A DNA stretch of 64,000 nt, from NCBI GenBank assembly GCA_903867185.1, contig CAIPQK010000066.1, positions 217 to 64,216 of the forward strand, in the 5' to 3' direction. This DNA comes from an uncultured Candidatus Nemicrothrix sp. Its GTDB lineage: Bacteria > Actinomycetota > Acidimicrobiia > Acidimicrobiales > Acidimicrobilacustridaceae. The position numbers were made by a program, and so were the translations under genes. Positions 58,552 to 64,000 of this stretch are shown here, one piece after another. Each line of letters opens with the position of its first letter. Position 1 is the stretch's first letter. The notes beneath the pieces were generated by a model. That model did no database searches. It saw only the letters and a list, made by a program, of their open reading frames with translations, and was not told the origin of the DNA.

Positions 58552-60555
58552 ATGAAACTCTTCCGCAGCGCCAGTGTCATTGTTCTGAGCACAGTTGTCT
58601 TGCTTGCAGGCATGAGCATCGTGGGGAGTCAGACCGCAGGTGGTCTCACACCTCGCGAGGACAACAACACCGGGTTTACAGACCCTGACGCAGGAACTCC
58701 AGGCCTCGCGTACCTCTCGGCGCCGAAGACCGTCGATCCGGACAAGTTGAGCCAACCAATAGGCGCGGCTTTAGCCGATGAAATCGCAACGGCAATGGGA
58801 TTTTCAAAAACTGATTCCTTAACGAACCAGCAATACCTTGAGTTCGTATCTGGCGGGGGCGTCGGTGGCGATCCGGCGAAAGCAGCTCTACTTGGCCAAT
58901 CAGTAGGACTCTTCATCAACAACTACGGCTTTCCTCTGTATACGACAGTGAATGGTCGGACGAAAACCTTTGCCCTTTCCAGTTTCGGTTTGATGGTGGA
59001 TCCAAAGGGAAAGTTGCAAAGTCTCGCCAACGAATCTTCTCCGTCGAAAGCAGTCAATAAAGATCTTGAGCCTGGCCCGGACGGATATATGGGTGTGTGG
59101 TGTCGAGCCAACGGATGCCAGCATTCTCTTGACCAGCTCTATGCGTCGGCCTACACCGCTGAAGTGATTTACGGAAACAAAGCGCAGAAAAACCAGAAGC
59201 CAGTTCAACTTGTGACGAACACAAAGGATGGATCCACCGCCTATGTCGGTATGTCGATGTCTCCGTCGATCTGGCTCGTCAATTTCATCTTGCTCTACAC
59301 GTTGAATCCGAATTTCGGTGCGCGGATGCCGTCGTTGTGGACGCCCATTCCGGATGATATTGCGGCAACCCTCCAGGCCGATGTGGATGATGTTCGTCCG
59401 GCATCAGAACAAGGGAAAGTCGATTTCAGCAGCTACGACTCTGAACTTCCGAATTATGACGAACTACTGAAAGTGATCGCAGGAAACGGAACACAGGGAA
59501 CGACGGCACCGGTCGCCGGACCGGCTCTCGATGCCGCATTGTCGCATCCCGCTTCATCGGCGGTGGATGCGCAAGGGAATGTCTATATCGCAGACGCCGG
59601 AAATAACGTCATTGAAAAGGTGACTCCTGCCGGGGCCTTGACGGTGATCGCTGGTGGTGGCGCAACGATTCCGGGCACACCTGGTCCAGCGACGTCAATG
59701 ATCTTGTCGTCGCCGAGCGGTGTTGCTGTTGATGCTCAGGGCAACGTGTACATCGCTGACACCGGTCATAATCTCGTTGAGAAAGTGACCTCTGCCGGCG
59801 TGCTGAGTGTCATCGCTGGTGGTGGTGTTGTTCCACCGACAACTCCAGGTCAAGCAACGTCTGCGGCGCTATCTGGACCTCATGGCCTTGCAGTCGATAG
59901 CAACGGAAACGTTTACATCGCCGACACCGGCAACAACGTCATTGAACGTGTAACGCCTGCTGGTGCATTGACGGTGATCGCAGGTGGTGGTGTTGCATCA
60001 CCAACCGCTCGTGGTCTGGCGACGGCAACCCAGCTTTCGGCGCCGGAAGGTGTCGCGGTCGACACAGACGGCAACCTCTATATCGCCGACACGGGCGCGA
60101 ATCTCGTGGAAGAAGTCGATCTCGAAGTCACACCCTCGGCGACTCTGGGTTCAGGGAAGATCAACGTCCTTGCCGGTGGAGGAACCATGAGTCCTCAAGA
60201 GTCTCAGGCATCAACTGATTGGGCGACGCACTTCGGGCTTGCGACGAATATTCAATTGAGCAGTCCCAAGGGTATTGCCGTTGACGCTTCGGGCATCGTG
60301 TACGTCGCCGACACTGGTAACAACGTGATCGAACGAATCGCCTGTTCAATCTTCAGTGTTGTTGCCGGAGGCGGGGTCACTTCACCGAAGATGTTGGGTC
60401 AGGCGACCCACACGCAGCTGAACGGACCCACTGGCATTGCCCGCAATGCTGCAGGACAGATGTACGTCACGGACTCGGCCAACAACATGGTTGAGCGCAT
60501 CGATGGCGTCGTTACCCCGGGCGTGGTCGTGGTGCGGCCGTCCTTCACCGGCTGA
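58552..60555 (+). CDS. secreted protein: unrecognised ~300-aa N-terminal domain plus six NHL-type beta-propeller repeats
   Basis: Signal peptide MKLFRSASVIVLSTVVLLAGMSIVG. Six copies of the G-x-V/L/M-Y-I/V-A/T-D-x-x-N-N/L/M-V/I-E core, in the forms GNVYIADAGNNVIEKV, GNVYIADTGHNLVEKV, GNVYIADTGNNVIERV, GNLYIADTGANLVEEV, GIVYVADTGNNVIERI and GQMYVTDSANNMVERI. Confidence 0.85.
   Translation: MKLFRSASVIVLSTVVLLAGMSIVGSQTAGGLTPREDNNTGFTDPDAGTPGLAYLSAPKTVDPDKLSQPIGAALADEIATAMGFSKTDSLTNQQYLEFVSGGGVGGDPAKAALLGQSVGLFINNYGFPLYTTVNGRTKTFALSSFGLMVDPKGKLQSLANESSPSKAVNKDLEPGPDGYMGVWCRANGCQHSLDQLYASAYTAEVIYGNKAQKNQKPVQLVTNTKDGSTAYVGMSMSPSIWLVNFILLYTLNPNFGARMPSLWTPIPDDIAATLQADVDDVRPASEQGKVDFSSYDSELPNYDELLKVIAGNGTQGTTAPVAGPALDAALSHPASSAVDAQGNVYIADAGNNVIEKVTPAGALTVIAGGGATIPGTPGPATSMILSSPSGVAVDAQGNVYIADTGHNLVEKVTSAGVLSVIAGGGVVPPTTPGQATSAALSGPHGLAVDSNGNVYIADTGNNVIERVTPAGALTVIAGGGVASPTARGLATATQLSAPEGVAVDTDGNLYIADTGANLVEEVDLEVTPSATLGSGKINVLAGGGTMSPQESQASTDWATHFGLATNIQLSSPKGIAVDASGIVYVADTGNNVIERIACSIFSVVAGGGVTSPKMLGQATHTQLNGPTGIARNAAGQMYVTDSANNMVERIDGVVTPGVVVVRPSFTG
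59470..60555 (+). repeat. in-frame NHL repeat array (6 units of roughly 45-60 codons)
   Basis: DNA-level similarity is visible between units, e.g. gtctatatcgcagacgccggaaataacgtcattgaaaaggtgactcctgccgg versus gtttacatcgccgacaccggcaacaacgtcattgaacgtgtaacgcctgctgg. Confidence 0.8.
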
Positions 60556-60638
60556 GCCCACACGCCGCAGAGCGGTCCAAGCTCGTACGAAAGAATGCAG
60601 GTCAAGCCACAGCGGGTCGGGCGGTAGCCTCTCCCGCT

Positions 60639-61463
60639 ATGGCTGATCTTGCTTCAACAATTGATGAACTCTGGAACAACCGAGACGCATTGAGCGCGTC
60701 CGATGGCGATGCGGTCGCGTCTGTCGGGCAGGCAATTGCTTTGCTTGATTCAGGCGAGGCCCGTGTTGCTGAATTGGGGGCCGACGGTGAACCCATTGTC
60801 CATCAGTGGCTCAAGCACGCCATTCTTCTGTACTTCCGTCTCTCGCAAATGGCCACGATCGAACTGGCGCCGTTTGAATACGCCGACAAGATTCCGCTCA
60901 AGCGTGACTTTGCGGCCTCGGGCGTGCGCGTCGTTCCCGGAGCATCAGCTCGCTACGGATCGTTTCTTGACCGCGGTGTCGTCATGATGCCGAGTTACGT
61001 GAACATCGGCGCGCGTGTCGGAGCTAACACGATGGTCGACACGTGGGCCACGGTCGGAAGTTGCGCTCAGATCGGCGCCAATGTTCATTTGTCCGGTGGC
61101 GTCGGCATTGGTGGAGTACTTGAGCCACCGCAGGCTGCGCCCGTCATCATCGGTGACGACGCGTTGATCGGAAGTCGTTGCATCGTGGCCGAAGGTGCTC
61201 GCGTCGGTAATGGTGCTGTGCTTGGTGCCGGGGCCATTCTCACCGCTTCCATTCCAGTGATCGACGCCGAGACGGGTGAAGAACTCAGCCGAGGCGTCGT
61301 GCCGTCATGGAGCGTGGCCGTTTCGGCGACTCGGCCGCGAACGTTCGCCGGTGGCGAGTTTGGTCTTCCTTGTGTTCTGGTCCTGAAGCGCCTCAACGAA
61401 GGCGAGCGCCACGACAAAGCGGCACTGAACGATGTCCTTCGCGATCACGGCGCAGCGACCTGA
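60639..61463 (+). CDS. dapD: 2,3,4,5-tetrahydropyridine-2,6-dicarboxylate N-succinyltransferase
   Basis: Left-handed beta-helix hexapeptide run IGARVGANTMVDTWATVGSCAQIGANVHLSGGVGIGG. Followed by dapE. Confidence 0.88.
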   Translation: MADLASTIDELWNNRDALSASDGDAVASVGQAIALLDSGEARVAELGADGEPIVHQWLKHAILLYFRLSQMATIELAPFEYADKIPLKRDFAASGVRVVPGASARYGSFLDRGVVMMPSYVNIGARVGANTMVDTWATVGSCAQIGANVHLSGGVGIGGVLEPPQAAPVIIGDDALIGSRCIVAEGARVGNGAVLGAGAILTASIPVIDAETGEELSRGVVPSWSVAVSATRPRTFAGGEFGLPCVLVLKRLNEGERHDKAALNDVLRDHGAAT

Positions 61464-61465
61464 TC

Positions 61466-62542
61466 ATGGCCACGAACGGTCTCACCGATCTTCTGGCCCG
61501 CACGGCCGCGCTTGTCGACATTGCGTCGCCCAGCCGCGCCGAAGGACCGATCGTTGATCTGATCGAGGCCGAACTGCGTGCGCAGGCGCATCTTGACGTG
61601 ACTCGTGTGGGTGACAACCTGGTGGCGAGAACCTCGCTCGGTCGGGCTCATCGGGTCATCCTCGCCGGTCATACCGACACCGTGCCCGCGGCCGACAATG
61701 CAACAGCGCGAATCGAAGATGGTCGACTTTTCGGAGTTGGTTCGGCCGACATGAAGGGCGGGCTCGCTGTCATGCTCGAACTCGCGGCCACGCTCACCGA
61801 ACCAGTGGTCGATCTCACCTACGTGTTCTATGCACGGGAAGAAATTGCCAGTTCCGAGAGTGGTTTAGGCGAGTTGTTTGACCTTCGACCCGACCTTCTG
61901 ATCGGCGATATCGCCATTCTCGGTGAGCCCACCGATGCACGCATCGAAGCCGGTTGTCAGGGAACACTGCGCATGCGGGTGCAACTGCAGGGCATCCGTG
62001 CCCACACCGCTCGACCATGGATGGGACGCAATGCCGTCCATCGCTTGTCGGGCATTCTCGCTGCGCTGGAAACCTATGAGGCTCGATCACCGATCATCGA
62101 CGGCTGTCAGTTTCGTGAAGCGTTGCAGGCCGTGGCGATCGAAGGTGGCGTTTCGGGAAATGTTGTGCCCGATTTGGCCAGCGTCACGGTGAACTTCCGC
62201 TTCGCCCCCGATCGTTCAGCACTCGACGCAGAAACCCATATTCGTGAACTCTTCGCACCGTTCCTCGAAGAAGGCGATGTTGTCGACGTACTCGATGTTG
62301 CAAATGCCGCGGCACCGGGGCTCAATCACCCGCTTCTTGCTTCGTTGGTTGACCGAAGCGGTTCGCAGGTTCTGGCCAAGTTGGGCTGGACCGATGTCGC
62401 TCGCTTCGCCGCCCACGGTGTGCCGGCAGTGAACTTTGGGCCTGGTGACAGCACGATTGCCCACACTGCAGGGGAGTACCTCGATCGTGCGCCGCTCGAG
62501 CGAGTGCATGCGGTGTTGCGAGGGTTGTTGACCGAAGCCTGA
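61466..62542 (+). CDS. dapE: succinyl-diaminopimelate desuccinylase (M20 family)
   Basis: Internal ATG 61466, 2 nt after the dapD stop. ILAGHTDTVP, GSADMKGG, LGEPT. Confidence 0.88.
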   Translation: MATNGLTDLLARTAALVDIASPSRAEGPIVDLIEAELRAQAHLDVTRVGDNLVARTSLGRAHRVILAGHTDTVPAADNATARIEDGRLFGVGSADMKGGLAVMLELAATLTEPVVDLTYVFYAREEIASSESGLGELFDLRPDLLIGDIAILGEPTDARIEAGCQGTLRMRVQLQGIRAHTARPWMGRNAVHRLSGILAALETYEARSPIIDGCQFREALQAVAIEGGVSGNVVPDLASVTVNFRFAPDRSALDAETHIRELFAPFLEEGDVVDVLDVANAAAPGLNHPLLASLVDRSGSQVLAKLGWTDVARFAAHGVPAVNFGPGDSTIAHTAGEYLDRAPLERVHAVLRGLLTEA

Positions 62543-62547
62543 ACGCG

Positions 62548-62579
62548 AACGTGGCGCATGCTGATGCATACGCCACGTT
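62548..62579. terminator. 14-bp imperfect hairpin between convergent dapE and lexA (possible bidirectional terminator)
   Basis: aacgtggcgcatgc - tgat - gcatacgccacgtt, with one mismatch or wobble. Confidence 0.5.
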
Positions 62580-62599
62580 GGAACCGAGGAGGTCGTGGT

Positions 62600-63232
62600 T
62601 CAGAGTTTGCGCATCACGGTGACGACTTTGCCGTACACGGTGATTTCTGAGGAATGAAATTCCATTGGTGAGAGTCGTGCGTTTGCCGGAAGCAAGGTGA
62701 CGGTTTCACCCGAACGCGACCAGGTCTTCACCGTGGCTTCGCCACCAGGAATACCAACAACAACAATGTCGCCCTTCGACACGTTGGTACCGGCCTTGGC
62801 CACGATGTAGTCGCCATCGAAAATGCCGGCATCGATCATGGAATCGCCACGGACACGGAGCATGAAGAGCTCGCCGTCGCCACACAGGTCGGTTGGGACC
62901 GGCATGATTTCTTCGACGTTTTGTTCGGCGAGCACATCGGTGCCAGCGGCGACATCGCCGACAAGCGGAACGTGACGGAAGGGGCGACGCTCGCCTGAAG
63001 CACCGGAGTTGGGGTCGTAGCGAACTTCCATGGCACGGGGCTTGGTTGGGTCACGGCGCAGATACCCAAGCTCGTTGAGAGTGTTGAGGTGGTTCTGCAC
63101 GCTTGAGGGCGAGGTGAGCCCTACGGCTTTTCCAATTTCCCGCACAGACGGGGGATAGCCACGCTCATTGAGGTGGGTATCGATGACATCGAGGATCTGT
63201 TGCTGACGGGGAGTGAGACGGTCGCTACTCAT
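62600..63232 (-). CDS. lexA: SOS repressor LexA
   Basis: LTPRQQQILDVI...YPPSVREIG winged HTH, the Ala-Gly cleavage site in GDVAAGTD, and S24 peptidase RVRGDSM with a downstream Lys (IVAKAG). Confidence 0.95.
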   Translation of the reverse strand: MSSDRLTPRQQQILDVIDTHLNERGYPPSVREIGKAVGLTSPSSVQNHLNTLNELGYLRRDPTKPRAMEVRYDPNSGASGERRPFRHVPLVGDVAAGTDVLAEQNVEEIMPVPTDLCGDGELFMLRVRGDSMIDAGIFDGDYIVAKAGTNVSKGDIVVVGIPGGEATVKTWSRSGETVTLLPANARLSPMEFHSSEITVYGKVVTVMRKL

Positions 63233-63304
63233 TGTGGACTCCGGATGGTTGAGGAGAAGTGGGGAGAACGGGAGGAAAGGGGGCCACTTGGGTCGCTTGG
63301 GCCT

Positions 63305-63320
63305 TCGAACCTCTGTACGA
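63305..63320. promoter_or_regulatory. SOS box-like palindrome 1 (one core mismatch)
   Basis: TCGAAC-ctct-GTACGA, 73-88 nt upstream of the lexA start. Confidence 0.5.
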
Positions 63321-63344
63321 CACTACCGGCTCGAGGAGGGTAAA

Positions 63345-63360
63345 GCAAACACCCGTTCGA
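63345..63360. promoter_or_regulatory. SOS box-like palindrome 2 (degenerate left half)
   Basis: gcAAAC-accc-GTTCGA. Confidence 0.45.
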
Positions 63361-63373
63361 TTGGGTCTTGACA

Positions 63374-63389
63374 TCGAACGGGTGTTCGT
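63374..63389. promoter_or_regulatory. SOS box 3
   Basis: TCGAAC-gggt-GTTCGt, immediately after a ttgaca hexamer (63368-63373). This is the same -35/box layout as at recA. Confidence 0.7.
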
Positions 63390-63405
63390 GTTTCGATGTA
63401 CACAT

Positions 63406-63421
63406 CCGAACGGGCGTTCGA
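63406..63421. promoter_or_regulatory. SOS box 4
   Basis: cCGAAC-gggc-GTTCGA. Confidence 0.7.
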
Positions 63422-63501
63422 TCTGTTCTCCAACATTCCAGTCCCCCCTTTGCCCCTTCGTTGTCCATTCGACTGTCACACCCCTCGTGGAGACTTCCCT
63501 C

Positions 63502-64000
63502 ATGGCTGCAATCCTGAACCCCACCGCCCTATCCGCCCCCTCCGACACGGCTCGACTCGCTGTGCCCGCTGTGCCCGAGTCCCTTTTCGACGGCTCGCGT
63601 TTCGAAGGCTCCAGCTCGCTGGCTCCCTGGAATCGTGATCTCGAACCACGCCGTCCGGTCCGTCACCTTCAGGTAGTCGCAGACCCATCCCCAGCGGTGG
63701 CTAAGGCCCGCCGGAGCCCGATGCGTGTCCTTCTCGCCGGTTTGGGTCTCGCTGTGCTGGTGGCCTTCGCGGCAATGGGTGTCCTTCCCTTTCTCGGTGC
63801 CGATGCTGCTGCTTCAACGCCGGCCTCGTCCGCCGACTCGACGAGCCCAGCCGGTGCCGACGCCCAACGCGCGTCAGCACCGGTTGCGGCCCCGTCGGTT
63901 GCCGCTCCCGTCGAGATCGTCGTGCAACCGGGCGATTCTCTCTGGAGCGTTGCTCGCCGCATCCAGCCACGGGGCGATCTTCGTCACCTCGTCGATCGTC
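63502..64000 (+). CDS. LysM-domain membrane protein, divergent from lexA (ChiZ-like), 3' end beyond window; not in the ORF track because no stop is reached
   Basis: ATG 63502 follows ggaga. My translation is MAAILNPTALSAPSD...RSPMRVLLAGLGLAVLVAFAAMGVLPFLG (TM) ...VEIVVQPGDSLWSVARRIQPRGDLRHLVDR (start of LysM). The frame is open to base 64000. Confidence 0.75.
   Translation, partial: MAAILNPTALSAPSDTARLAVPAVPESLFDGSRFEGSSSLAPWNRDLEPRRPVRHLQVVADPSPAVAKARRSPMRVLLAGLGLAVLVAFAAMGVLPFLGADAAASTPASSADSTSPAGADAQRASAPVAAPSVAAPVEIVVQPGDSLWSVARRIQPRGDLRHLVDR

Noticed and set aside
59470-60555. Regularly spaced DNA repeats that could suggest a CRISPR-like or tandem-repeat locus.
   Set aside because: The repeats are in frame within a single long ORF and encode NHL propeller blades. 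The units are diverged and contiguous, with no spacer-like unique segments.

Overview
This 64 kb window is a moderately high-GC chromosome segment with gene order typical of Actinomycetota. By eye it is almost entirely core housekeeping synteny. The core blocks are: pgi-ppgK; comM-dprA-xerC-(M23 protein)-rpsB-tsf-pyrH-frr-cdsA-dxr-rseP-ispG-proS; rimP-nusA-infB-rbfA-truB-ribF; rpsO-pnp-(M16 peptidase)-dapB; dapA-rnj-bioB; ftsK-rimO-pgsA-(ltrA-like)-cinA; msrB/recA; miaB-miaA-dapF-hflX-dapC; dapD-dapE; and lexA divergent from a LysM gene that runs off the 3' edge. Many neighbouring genes overlap by 1-4 nt (ATGA, GTGA, TGATG), which suggests translational coupling. I saw no rRNA, tRNA, CRISPR array, IS element or prophage genes, and I cannot point to a clear multi-gene novel system such as a defence island. 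The unusual content is a handful of single-gene or two-gene accessory insertions and domain oddities inside the conserved backbone. (1) A secreted protein joins a catalytically degenerate-looking LytM/M23 domain to a GHSQG alpha/beta-hydrolase. (2) A 59-codon Cys-rich ORF directly after bioB, absent from the ORF track, looks like the mycobacterial BsaP biotin-synthase auxiliary protein. (3) A secreted six-blade NHL propeller with an unrecognised ~300 aa N-terminal domain sits between dapC and dapD. (4) A probably leaderless TetR gene is paired with a ferritin-like di-iron protein. (5) A PAPS-type sulfotransferase is inserted antisense between ribF and rpsO. (6) The SOS circuitry is readable: a LexA box in the recA promoter spacer and four boxes between lexA and a ChiZ-like LysM gene. 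Absence of ylxR and recX, an archaeal-type ProRS and a lipoprotein cytochrome c hint at a deep-branching actinobacterial lineage (Acidimicrobiia-like), but this is a weak inference. All start codons were chosen by eye from RBS or family N-termini and need confirmation.
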